DNA of 63,120 bases, filler included, from Craspedostauros australis (lineage: Eukaryota), in the NCBI GenBank assembly GCA_030167865.1. It is 6 parts of 6 records of this genome, joined end to end, with 100 filler letters (N's around TTAATTAATTAA, not from the genome) between each part and the next. Parts side by side here need not be neighbours in the genome. Positions count along the whole stretch, not along the records: positions 35,455 to 41,068 come from JALAGF010003131.1; positions 41,169 to 59,610 come from JALAGF010003132.1; 4 more parts are not named here. The stretch is one strand, 5' to 3'. The position numbers were made by a program, and so were the translations under genes. The notes beneath the pieces are model-generated. The model was not told the origin of the DNA. It did no database searches and saw nothing but the letters and a program-made list of their open reading frames with translations. Shown piece by piece: positions 35,750-46,387 of the stretch (position 1 is the first letter of the stretch; every line of letters starts with the position of its first letter).

Positions 35750-36010
35750 CCATAAAACTTAAAATTAGACGTTAAAGCAAAATCGGCGTCCATAATGCAT
35801 CTTATATTTTTATCTAGTTTATGAATATGTGGGTGGCTTGGTCGAAGGCCCCGTATGTTGCCACCATCCCAGGACGGACTGCAGGTCCCGTCACTCAAGT
35901 GGGTCTTATAATTTCATTTACTTTAAGACCAGATGAGTGGTTGGGTTGAAGGCTTCGTGTGTTGCCGGCACCCCAGGACCGACTGTAGGTCCCGACACTC
36001 AAGTGGCATA
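35750..36010. mobile_element. Dispersed repeat copies 2 (35750-35910) and 3 (partial, 35932-36010)
   Basis: Homologous to 40-200; shared core CCAGGAC(C/G)GACTG(C/T)AGGTCCCG(T/A)CAC. Confidence 0.65.
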
Positions 36011-36420
36011 CATGCCATTGTAGGGCATCTGATGCAACCAATACCACCGTTTCTGGCGCAACCGTCACAAGCGTTGTGATCTTATTGATGCTACTGTGCT
36101 TGCCAGGTCAGTGTTCCTGCGTTTGACTCCAATTTGGGTATTGTTGATGATGGTCATGGGAGTGTGACGATTGATGATGGCAATGATCATTGCTTGCCAT
36201 TCCACGGAAAACAACACCAGCAACAGCAACAACAAAGAGACATGCAGCACCAAGGCAGTATTCTTGCCTCGACTAGTGACTGAGATAGTGTAGAAGACAC
36301 AAGCGAAGCTAGATTTTACATCATCGTCACAGAGTGCTCTGCTTTGCCAGCACAAAGTAGGAAAATGGTGGTAGAGTACGAGCTAGAGCATGCTAGTATG
36401 TGTGGGTATGTATGTGATGG

Positions 36421-39400
36421 TTAGAGTTCTTCACAGGCAGATGACTCTGGTCCAGGGCAATCCGCGGCTTCGTCGTCGATTACGTACGTTGCTGTATCTG
36501 ATGTACACAATGATGCTTGGGCGCAACTGTGGCAGGGGTTGTCTGTCGTGCAAACTCCTGTTTTGATGAGGATGTCATTGGTTGCACTGCCACTGGTGCC
36601 AACCATTTCGCACGCGTACGCGCCCGAACAGGCACCGGCTTCGACGATCACGCTTCCTGTAGATTTGGAGAATGAGTGATGCATATCAACACAAGCTCGC
36701 TCCCCTTTGCACGCATTGTTTCCGATGAAGATGCTTGCCACGATCGGTGGCATGGGTGCAGCCCCTTGGTTGCCGCGCGCCGCGATGGAACGGCACGATT
36801 GTCGTGTATCGCATGCTCCTTCTTCCACTCGTATATTGCCAAATATATTAACTCCACCATTGCTGCAACTTTCGTCCCCAAAGCAAGCTGTTGGTCCGAT
36901 CACCCTGAAACCAACTTCGACACCGACAGGTCGCGGACCTACGAAGAAATTGCCCAAACGAAGGCAAGCTATTTCTCCGCTGCAACTGTCCAGTATGATT
37001 GCGTTGGGATGTGCGTTTTTGCATGCCTCTTTTCCGTTGCATGACCCTGAGGTCACGGTCATCACACCGCCATCGACAGGGTCAACGATGCAGGCATCGC
37101 TACCACTGCAGCAGTCGTCATTGCACGCAGTGGTCACCACAGCCCCGCTACCAGTGAAGAGCGTCTTGGTCTCCACGATCTTCAACAATGCGTCGGTCAC
37201 ACTTTCGTCCTTCTTGATCTTATCAAAGCGTGCCTGCGCCACCTCCAACGCCACGATCATTGGAGGGTCCGAATCATCGCATCCAAAGATGCTCTTGACC
37301 ATTTTGCGCTTACCCTCATCCAGAGCATCAACCATAGCGACGAAGTTTGCGCAGACGCCTGTTGCACCATCGCACAGGACGTCGCCAGTGATCGTATTGA
37401 ACGTCGATGTGCCGTCACCCGGTGTTGCGAGACATCCAACAGTCATGGATGCTGGGGTGGCAGTTGGGCTGCTTGTTCTTGTAGGCACTTGCGAAGGCTG
37501 TGAGCTTGGTACAACTGACGGTATGTCAGATGGTTGGGTTGACGGAGTGTTGGACGGCTGTCCGGACAGCTGCTCAGACGGAGTGTTGGACGGCTGTTGG
37601 GAGGGCTGTACGGATGGAAGGTCGGACGGCTGTACGGACGGAAGGTCGGAGGGCTGTTGGGAGGGTTGTGCGGAAGGCAGTACGGACGGAAGGTCGGAGG
37701 GCTGTGTGGACGGCTCCTCGGACGGAAGATCAGAGGGCTGTGCGGACGGCACCTCAGAGGGGACTTGCGATGGACTGCTCGACGGGAGTGAGGTTGGCAT
37801 ATCTGACGGCATCTCAGACGGGACTCGCGATGGACTGTCTGACGGAAAATATGACGGCGCCTGGGATGGCGAATTGGTTGGGGCGCTGGTTGGACTGGAC
37901 GTGAGAGGTGTTGGGAAAGGAGTGGGAGAAAAAGTCGGAGAGTCTGTGGGCAACGTGTCCTTTCCAATACAGTACTCCTCCACTTTGTCGCCAGTAGGAT
38001 TGCCCCCAGAGCTGCTGCCTCCCTTTGGGCAGGCTCCGTCGATATCGCTGATGAAGTAGAATTCATCAGGGCTGCACTCAGTCTTCGTCATGCAACCCCT
38101 GCAGCCTTCGACACTGCCACATCCAGCAGGAGGAACGATGATGTCGGTTCTCATCCTGTCACTGAAGCCCATTTTCTCGCATGACCCATCGGCAGCGCAA
38201 CCACCAGCACCAATGGTCAGGCTGCCTGCAGGCTTGCCAGCAGTACCATGGTTGACAGTGGAATGGGCATCCTTGCAGGCGTTGGCACCTACGCACGCAT
38301 TCGGGCCAATGTCGATGTGGCTGCGGAAGCGATATGATGGTGACTTCTGCACGACGCGGCGTCCAGCGGAGTTGCATGCATCTGATCCAATGCATGCACC
38401 GGTCTGGATGGTGACATCGCCATGGGAGCGGCGTCCCACTCCCTCGCAAGATTGAGGGGTGGTGCATGCCATCTCGCCAACGAAGGTGACTCCAGTGATG
38501 AAGGGATTGATCTCGTTCTCATTCATCAACTCGCATGCACTTGCGCCAGTGCAGGAGGAACCGAGGATGAGGGGATTGGGGCCCATATCCTTGCAGGCGC
38601 TGTCGCCGGTGCATGCCGTGATGGCGATGGTCATGAATGGCGGGGAGTTGGAGGCGGAACCAGTGACTGAGGTGCATCCAGACGATCCTTGGCAGCATGG
38701 GTCCGCGACGGCAGGCGATTGCATCGCCGCGATGGCCGCGCATGCTGCCTTCATCGCATCCGGACGTTCGGTGACGAGGATCGCGTTGGTGGCAGCAACC
38801 AGGGCCAATTGGCCAGCAAGGATGTCGTTGGATGAGTACTTTTGGAAGAGCTTGCGTGCGGCTCCTTCCCCGAGGTCTCCTGCGCATCCGAAGAAGTTCT
38901 GCAATTGCTCGGATTCCCTCACGGCAGTCACGGCCTCGCGGCAGGATGGCTTGTTCGCATCGCAGATGATAGTCTTGCCGCTTGTTTCTTGTGATGAGAG
39001 GGCGGTGTTTCCATCGGGCTCGCAAAAAACTTCGATGGTGGAATCGAAGATGGCTGGAGCGGCTGTTGGCTTTGATGTTGGCAGGAGAGTCGGTTGAGAG
39101 GTCGGCGACGCGGTTGGCTGGGCCACAGGTGTCATCGAGGGCATCTCCGAAATCAAGCCTGTCGGCGGCCCAGTAGGCAATGCGGTTGGCGCGGCTGTTG
39201 CTGCAGCAGCTGGGTTCTCAGTGGGTGGCTCTCGTTCGCCCTTGTTTTGTTTGACAGCCTTCGCGTTGTCATCAGCGCCGACCTTGAGGGCGCGGATCTT
39301 GTTCATCGCCGTGCGGAGTTCCTTAGTTGGGTCCAAGGGGGTCCTGTTGCCGCGGAGCACAGCGTGGACCGTTGCCGTGTCGACGAGAGCGAGAAAAGCG

Positions 39401-39426
39401 ACGAAGGCTCCCTTGATGTAGATCAT
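36421..39426 (-). CDS. Secreted Cys-rich / mucin-like (PTS-repeat) cell-surface or extracellular protein, 1001 aa
   Basis: Signal peptide MIYIKGAFVAFLALVDTATVHA; PT linker; two homologous Cys-rich modules with CX5C repeats; central PSxx tetrapeptide array. Confidence 0.9.
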   Translation of the reverse strand: MIYIKGAFVAFLALVDTATVHAVLRGNRTPLDPTKELRTAMNKIRALKVGADDNAKAVKQNKGEREPPTENPAAAATAAPTALPTGPPTGLISEMPSMTPVAQPTASPTSQPTLLPTSKPTAAPAIFDSTIEVFCEPDGNTALSSQETSGKTIICDANKPSCREAVTAVRESEQLQNFFGCAGDLGEGAARKLFQKYSSNDILAGQLALVAATNAILVTERPDAMKAACAAIAAMQSPAVADPCCQGSSGCTSVTGSASNSPPFMTIAITACTGDSACKDMGPNPLILGSSCTGASACELMNENEINPFITGVTFVGEMACTTPQSCEGVGRRSHGDVTIQTGACIGSDACNSAGRRVVQKSPSYRFRSHIDIGPNACVGANACKDAHSTVNHGTAGKPAGSLTIGAGGCAADGSCEKMGFSDRMRTDIIVPPAGCGSVEGCRGCMTKTECSPDEFYFISDIDGACPKGGSSSGGNPTGDKVEEYCIGKDTLPTDSPTFSPTPFPTPLTSSPTSAPTNSPSQAPSYFPSDSPSRVPSEMPSDMPTSLPSSSPSQVPSEVPSAQPSDLPSEEPSTQPSDLPSVLPSAQPSQQPSDLPSVQPSDLPSVQPSQQPSNTPSEQLSGQPSNTPSTQPSDIPSVVPSSQPSQVPTRTSSPTATPASMTVGCLATPGDGTSTFNTITGDVLCDGATGVCANFVAMVDALDEGKRKMVKSIFGCDDSDPPMIVALEVAQARFDKIKKDESVTDALLKIVETKTLFTGSGAVVTTACNDDCCSGSDACIVDPVDGGVMTVTSGSCNGKEACKNAHPNAIILDSCSGEIACLRLGNFFVGPRPVGVEVGFRVIGPTACFGDESCSNGGVNIFGNIRVEEGACDTRQSCRSIAARGNQGAAPMPPIVASIFIGNNACKGERACVDMHHSFSKSTGSVIVEAGACSGAYACEMVGTSGSATNDILIKTGVCTTDNPCHSCAQASLCTSDTATYVIDDEAADCPGPESSACEEL
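37450..37950 (-). repeat. Coding tandem repeat encoding PSxx/PTxx tetrapeptides (PSDL, PSVQ, PSQQ...)
   Basis: 12-nt periodicity in the DNA and 4-aa periodicity in the protein. Confidence 0.9.
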
Positions 39427-41068
39427 GGTTGCTGTCGATGTCGTTGCCGTTGCCGTTGCCGTTGTCGTAACGAGAGTGGTTGGATCAATTGTGTATGCGC
39501 CAAGTTCGCGTTGAATCCGAATAGAGCACAGATAGATTGTGCAATCAGCAGGATGTTGCGATGATTCGACGAGGTGTACATGCGAAAGCAACGGCGATGT
39601 GGAAAAGGAAAGCGTGAGTCAATGAAGGTTGGTAGAGTTGGAGGATTCGACAGCAAGATGTTGACTGGTGCGAGTCTGGTATTGTCATGGGAAGGCAGGG
39701 TGAGGATCCGTGGCGTCTTTGGATAGCTCGTCGTCTCTTCAGCCTCGGATTGACCTGTGCTCACCTTGCGATGGTTGTTGGTTAACGGCTGTTGGCTGTT
39801 GTCTGTTCTGTGGTGATTTGATGTCTTGCAATCTGGTGGTCGATTGGTTTTATGAGACTGACAAGATCGGTTTTGGAGGAGGACAGGTGATTTCTCGAGG
39901 GGCAGGGCGAGCCGACAAGCGATGAACACCGCGATGTGCGTTGATGCCATGCCACAGATGAATGAATTCTTCCACCGTCCTCCTGCGCCAGAGGTGGTCG
40001 TATCAGAGTCGAACGCTAGTGCGCATCGCATTGCAAGCCTTGCTGCGAATGTTTGCTTGGTGGTTGGTCATCTCTGTGGTGTAATTCGGGTTTGCGTCTT
40101 GCGAGGCTTCACTTTGATTCTCGGCATCGGAGGTTGCGTCCTCTGAGTTGGCAATGCGCAAGGGTAGAATTCTACAGCAAGCTCTCCAGGAGCACGAGAA
40201 AGTTCAACGTCATCCGATTATGGATGTGATACCTCTTCGTATGGCTCGTGTGCGTGTGTTCCTTGCTGAATCGGCCAACCTTCCACGCGATGGCTTCCCT
40301 AGCTGCCGACGAACCTCAACCTTCCCGTCCAAGGATGCGAAGAAAGACTCAGATTTGATGCTATCATGTGATGGAGGGAACTGCACGTCCATTTGCATGG
40401 TACATATTCTACCATGGGTGGAGGACACATTATGGATGTGATGCGCCCAAAGAAGCGATGGGAACATTGACTCTTTTCAATCCATTATGGATGTGATGCA
40501 CCCAGAGAAGCGCTGAGCAAAACAACAAAGATGTTTAAGCGTGGGCCGGGACAAGGAACAATGTCTGGAGACTGTTCCTGTCGCGATGGGCGAACAATCG
40601 CTGAACCTCGCACCTTCGCAACTTGTCATCTCTACCCTAATTGCAATTGTATCACAGCCTCGACAACGTCCCCATGCACATAACAATTCCTCTTCAGTCA
40701 CATAATTTCTGGTTCATCAATGAATGGAAAGCATCCCCATTGGTAGCCTTCGTACTTCAGTCACATAATTGCAGGAGTTGTCACCCACGTTCGCAATTGT
40801 CTTCAAGTTCATCGGGCGTTTCGTCACTTGGTGTAGGCGCTCCGCGATGCACCTTCCCAACACATGTGGACTTCGTGTTCATCACGTCAGAATGGCAGCG
40901 TAGATGTCCCCATCCATGCAGCAATCGCAACTCTCCATCCGTGCGTTGGATTCGAGGTGGTACCGTGGAAGAGTCGAGTGGATCGTAATGTGGTTCTCCC
41001 GATACCTGCATTTGCTTGACTTGAGATACCAAACGTATGGTATGGAAACAAGAATGGACGAGGTTGGC

Positions 41069-41168
41069 NNNNNNNNNNNNNNNNNNNNNNNNNNNNNNNN
41101 NNNNNNNNNNNNTTAATTAATTAANNNNNNNNNNNNNNNNNNNNNNNNNNNNNNNNNNNNNNNNNNNN
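41069..41168. other. Assembly gap spacer
   Basis: 44N-TTAATTAATTAA-44N. Confidence 0.95.
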
Positions 41169-42158
41169 TTCAAGGTGTCATCCAACATCGAGTGGTTCAA
41201 GGAGCACGCGAAGTTGCCGGCCATTCTGATTGGAAAAGAGGAGATGAATTGGGATGACATCGCCCACTTTGGCGAAGGCATCGTGAAGACGAAGGAGACT
41301 GCCTTCGTCCTCAAGGTTGGCTATTGGACACGACAGCTGCTGACGACCTACTTCCAAAGGTTCGATGTTGCGAAGATTCTGTTCGAGCGCCTTGAGAAGT
41401 CTTGTTCAGACGACCCAATATACAATTTTCAGAGCTCTCGGTTGCTGTACATTGCTCTCATGGCTGCTTCTCTCTACCGTCAAACCAAGCGCCCCAAATA
41501 CAAGCGACAGCTCAAACAGGTCTACAAGAGCAGCAGGTCGGCTTGCGCCACGAAGGGTGATCGCCACGCGAGCAGGCATCTCATCATCCGCGCCGAATAC
41601 ATTGCAGCAACATCAAAGCATGGCGATGACAACAAGGACAAGAGCAAGAGCACGCAGAAGAGCATCGATGCCATCAAGGGAGCGTTCTACGATGCCATCT
41701 TCGCTTCGGATGCGGTTGGGCGCATCCACGAAGCAGGACTTGCATGCGAGCGGTTCGCTGACTACCTGATCATGATGAAGATAGAATCCGATGCCATCAT
41801 CGAGCACATCTCCCAAGCATGCTCATACTATCATCGTTGGGGAGTCCTCACCAAGGTGGACGATCTTCGCAAACGTTATTCGCAGTACATCGATGACGAG
41901 CAGATCTGTCAGCTGATCAAGAAGCACGAGCAACAGCCAGGGCACGTGGTGCTTCCGACACATCTCCAGGCAGGCAGCGATCGCATCCGGCTGAACTTTG
42001 GTGGAAGTGGTCAGAGCGTAATGGTGGGAAGCGTGGCGACGAAGACAACGTCGCCACAAGCGTCTTCGATGCCGAGTTGTGGCAGCGGTGATGAGAACAG
42101 TCAGGCTGACGAAATGTTCGAAGATGATAACATCTCGATCTTGACGGACCATGAGTGA
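41169..42158 (+). CDS. 5'-truncated C-terminal helical/TPR-like region of an AAA-ATPase (kinase/cyclase-associated) family protein
   Basis: YDAIFASDAVGRIHEAGLACERFADYL...ACSYYHRWGVLTKVDDL resembles the conserved tail of bacterial trifunctional kinase/AAA/His-kinase proteins and their diatom homologues. The ORF runs from the gap. Confidence 0.7.
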   Translation, partial: FKVSSNIEWFKEHAKLPAILIGKEEMNWDDIAHFGEGIVKTKETAFVLKVGYWTRQLLTTYFQRFDVAKILFERLEKSCSDDPIYNFQSSRLLYIALMAASLYRQTKRPKYKRQLKQVYKSSRSACATKGDRHASRHLIIRAEYIAATSKHGDDNKDKSKSTQKSIDAIKGAFYDAIFASDAVGRIHEAGLACERFADYLIMMKIESDAIIEHISQACSYYHRWGVLTKVDDLRKRYSQYIDDEQICQLIKKHEQQPGHVVLPTHLQAGSDRIRLNFGGSGQSVMVGSVATKTTSPQASSMPSCGSGDENSQADEMFEDDNISILTDHE

Positions 42159-42546
42159 TCATGAATGATCAGATGAGAGCGCCATTGCGACAACTCATCG
42201 ACACAGCTGATGCATAAACATAAAGATGATTTAAAGGAAATGCGGCGATTGGTCAAGTTATTCAATACAGAAGAGGCTGCTCGTCGTTTCGTTTGCGAGT
42301 ACAAGTGCTACATGTTTATAGTAGCTTGACACAGGGCGACCTCGGCGTGTTTGCTGCTGTGCTGGAGGCGGCAGAGTGTCTGTCGCATCTCGAATCCAAG
42401 GCTTGGTTGATGCAAGCGCGCATGTGACGACAATCTCAATTTATTCGGCTCTTCGCGGTACTTTTAGATACGTTGCTGATCTTTGAAGCGAGAGTGTGCC
42501 CTGTCCAATGAGAATAAAATAGACCCTCGCAGTGTATTCAACGCAT

Positions 42547-43353
42547 CTACGGGTCCGCACCCTTTCGTTCATCCTTCCACCATGATGGAACATCAGCGGA
42601 GTAGGCTCGTGGTAAGAGTCCCGTGGGAGCGATCACGGCAGAAATCCGTTGAATGATCTGGAGGGCTGGGCCTGCAGTGAAGGGAGCGTCCAAGCCCGCG
42701 GTCTGGAAGACGCCAAACGACAATCCCTTGCCCTTGGACGTCGTGCCCGTCTCGAAGCGATCGACGACGTAGCCGGCACTCATGTGCTTCATCTTCATGT
42801 CATCGTCAACGATGATGGACCACGTCTCCGTGTTGCCTTGGTATTGTTTATTCGCATTTTCACCTTGCCGATCGAGACCAAAGGCGATGACCTTGCTGAC
42901 CAGACCCGTCCTTGCCTCTCCATGCAGCGTCCCCGACGCGCGCACCTTGAACCACACGCGACGCGGGTCCTTGGGATCCACATGAAATCCGAAGGCGTTG
43001 GCCGAGAGATCATCCTCAAATGCCTCATACACCTTGAACAGACCCAGTACCTCCTTGTAGTCCTTGGTATTCAACGGCCCGATCACAGGACCACGAAAAA
43101 TGAAATCCTCCGCCAGCAACGATTCGTCCATTGGAGAATAGTACCCCGTTGACGATTCCATGAGATTTTTCACGAATTCGATCCGTTGCTCTTTTGTGAT
43201 GGCCGGCTTCGTAATGTCCACATCGAGTGTTGCCATGCATTGAGCGGAAGATACTCTCGCATGTGGCATGGGTGAAGTGAAAGCGGTTGCGACCTGCACG
43301 GAGGTGGACATGAGCGCCACGGCGGCGGCAATGGTTGTGTGGACAGATTTCAT
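42547..43353 (-). CDS. Plastid-targeted hypothetical protein, NTF2/SnoaL-like
   Basis: Presequence ...VQVATA-FTSP; LAEDFIFRGPVIGPL motif; DPKDPRRVWFKVRASGT. Confidence 0.8.
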   Translation of the reverse strand: MKSVHTTIAAAVALMSTSVQVATAFTSPMPHARVSSAQCMATLDVDITKPAITKEQRIEFVKNLMESSTGYYSPMDESLLAEDFIFRGPVIGPLNTKDYKEVLGLFKVYEAFEDDLSANAFGFHVDPKDPRRVWFKVRASGTLHGEARTGLVSKVIAFGLDRQGENANKQYQGNTETWSIIVDDDMKMKHMSAGYVVDRFETGTTSKGKGLSFGVFQTAGLDAPFTAGPALQIIQRISAVIAPTGLLPRAYSADVPSWWKDERKGADP

Positions 43354-45045
43354 CTTGGATTGAAGCGGTGAGTGCAAAGATTATGACAGCGTGGGCGAGT
43401 TGACACATGAGCCCAGGAGTTCGTGTGCGTGTGCGTGTATCCTTGAGTTGCGGCTCTTCCCACAACGGTTGCAAGCTGTCCCATTGCTGCCCCGCACCAA
43501 CGTCACCATCATCGTCGTCTTTCCTCTGCGAAGAAGTGCTCGGGAGAGAGAGAAGAACGGAGGCTTTCGCCAGACTCGCGGAAATGTGATGTGGCCAACC
43601 ACACGTCATTCTGTTGATTCAAGTTTTTGTCCAACCGTTAACCGTTCATAACGGTTGATGGTTCGTCGCATTTCTTCCAATGATCGACATGACGCCAAGG
43701 TTGCGCGTATCATGCCAGGATGCACACAGTCCAATACTGCACGTGATCGATCCACCATCACTGAGCAACTTCTGGAACTGATCGCATTCACTTTCAAGAG
43801 CATTGTCCTTTTTCTCTGGAAGCGTTGAATCTCTCGTTGATGACAACGCCGAGATGTTTTGACACAATTCGCGTGCGCTTCTCGAGATCTGGCCGAGCTC
43901 TTCTCCAAGCGACGTCTATTCTACATGGATAGAAGGATGGATGGATGGGTGGATGGTTGGATGGGACTGTCGAATGCTCGTCAACTTGGCATCTCTTCAG
44001 CTCAAAGTAGAGTCGAGTAGAGTGCACTAGTTTAAGTCGCCCAGCTCAAGAAAAATCTCAACTTGCATCGTACTTACAGACAGACATAATTATTGATTTT
44101 TATGATGGATTCCTTTGAACGGTTGTTGTTGAGACGCTGCTGGAAGGTCAGACGTAAGAGAGCAAATGGAAAAGAAATCGGAAGAGTCGTGGTCGACGAA
44201 ATCGAAATGCGCATGTGAGACACGTGTCAATGGTCTTTCTTCGTGTTGCGACTATTCGGAGAATTGACGTGGCCGATTCCGTTGTGAAGGGCGAACTTTG
44301 GAGAAAGAGGTTCGTTTCTCCTTTTCAACAGTGACGTCATCATGACGTCGTCAAAGATCAATCCCATTTAGCTCCTTCAATGTCTGTGTGTCCAAAGGGA
44401 CATTCAATACTTATGCTTCCGATATGTCGACGTCAGCAGAAGTGGAAGACAACACATCGTCTCCGATGACTCAGAAACGAAGATGCGGACACGACTGCGA
44501 ACACGCTCACAAAAGAAGCGGAAGACCCATCTGATGACGAAACCCAATCACGCAACTGATGTCGCTATCTCCGACACAGAGGAAAGGTGATCGTCGCCAT
44601 CGCAGCATTCCGACCACTCTGTTGCGGAGTGTACGAGCACGAGTACCATGGCCAGCATCACCATCAACGTCACGTTCGAATCGAAACGTGTCGGATGCCA
44701 CCTGTTTCATCGCAATTGCAGTTAGCGGAATGTGAGCTGTCGTGTTCTGATGTGATCCGGTCTGATTCATGTCGATCTTTGCTGATGCGATCCACCGACC
44801 AAGTCAGGGGACGATGCCGTTGCGAAACAGAAAGGTGGAGATGGAGACATCTGAAGAGTGGAGAGAGTCTGTACGTGCCTTTTGCATGCATGCAATACGA
44901 CTTTGTCCGGCTCAACTCGATACCCTTCACCGTTGTCTCATAATCTGCAACTCACAACATCCACAATACATCAACACAATACATCAACACAATCAACCAA
45001 CACATTCAAGTACTCACATTCGCAGCAACAACAACAATCATCAAC

Positions 45046-45768
45046 ATGGTCCGATTCAACACCACGCCCATCATCGTCGTCGCTGCCTTGGCCGCGTCTT
45101 CGGAGGCTTTCTCCGTGCGTCCGACTTCATTGTCGACGGCGACCAGACAACAGACGACAAGTTTCGGCAGCTTCGCATCACCGCAAATCGAGTACTCGCA
45201 GACAGTCACGGCAATCCAGTCATCGATGAACAGCATGGCACCAATGGACACCGGCTCAGAGACAAAGGAGGCATCCCCAATGCAAGCAACAGTCGCAGCC
45301 CCGCAACCAACCGAAATCGCCAAGCCAGCCCCCAAAAAGAAGGCCGGCGGCGCTCAGCACGCGGGCGGCATCTTCGCCCCCATCGTGCGATTCGCCAAGA
45401 GGATCGTCGGTGACGACACCATCATCAAGCTGCGCGGCAAGATCATCGGATACCACACGAAGGCCATCGGTTCCTTCGTCGACACGCACGAGACCGCGTC
45501 GGGCACGGCCGCCATGCGAACGCTGTTCGACCTGGCCGACACCGACAACAGCGGCAGCATCGACGAAGCCGAGCTCGGCGTGGCGCTGCGCAAGCTTGGT
45601 TTCGAACTTGGGGAAAAGCAAATTAAGGGCATCTTCAAGCGGGCAGACAAGGACGGCAACGGCACGATCTGCTGGGATGAATTCCAAGCCGAAGCGCCCA
45701 AGACACTCAAGACGAATCTGACGAAGCTCGCCAAGAGAAACGGGGGCGACATGGGTCTGATGGCGTAA
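45046..45768 (+). CDS. Plastid-targeted EF-hand calcium-binding protein
   Basis: Presequence ...AASSEA-FSV; EF loops DTDNSGSIDEAE and DKDGNGTICWDE. Confidence 0.9.
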   Translation: MVRFNTTPIIVVAALAASSEAFSVRPTSLSTATRQQTTSFGSFASPQIEYSQTVTAIQSSMNSMAPMDTGSETKEASPMQATVAAPQPTEIAKPAPKKKAGGAQHAGGIFAPIVRFAKRIVGDDTIIKLRGKIIGYHTKAIGSFVDTHETASGTAAMRTLFDLADTDNSGSIDEAELGVALRKLGFELGEKQIKGIFKRADKDGNGTICWDEFQAEAPKTLKTNLTKLAKRNGGDMGLMA

Positions 45769-46387
45769 GTACCACGAACTCCGCCACTTCTTGAGCGCGG
45801 ACGTCTGCGCCACCTTCACATCAATGCACGAAGAACAACACAACACCCAATCCGAGGTCATCCAACGAGATGCACCTTCCCACGGAAGCCACAGCACCGC
45901 ACAGATACTGTACACTACACGAATAAGCGTACCATAACGGACCACCAACATAGACCCCCTCCAAACATCACACTCCATGCCGAACAATCTTCTATTCTGT
46001 GCGCACTTTCATTGCTGTTGACTGTGTGCGATCAAAGGCACATCACTTGTATGCTGGATCGCTCCCCCGCGATGCTTCTATCCAAAGAACTGAGCGACCA
46101 TCCAACAATCAACACTCATTGAGTAATATCTTGCGACATCCGCGGCAACAGAAATCCATGGACACGAGCGCGGAACCGATCCACATGGACTCTTAGACAA
46201 CGAGACTGCGGCAGCATGCATTGCAATGGCCGAGATGCGACGACACGGGAGACTATTGTCTACTACTACCATACATGTTCTATGAGCCAGCGCCGATGCG
46301 GGAGCACTTGCTGCATTCTTCTATTCTCTCCATTCCTGCCTTCCGCGCCAAAAGCACACATTTGAATTGGAAACCGGGACAACTAAT

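Noticed and set aside
37500..37860. Regularly spaced GACGG repeats as a CRISPR-like array
   Set aside because: They are the 12-nt coding repeat of PSxx; no unique spacers, no cas genes, eukaryotic context.
36707..38059. 450-aa plus-strand ORF
   Set aside because: Antisense shadow of the repetitive mucin-like gene.
40148..41068. Possible upstream exons of the AAA-associated gene
   Set aside because: Only short ORFs and small degenerate repeats (ATTATGGATGTGAT x3, CTTCAGTCACATAATT x2); no Walker motifs.
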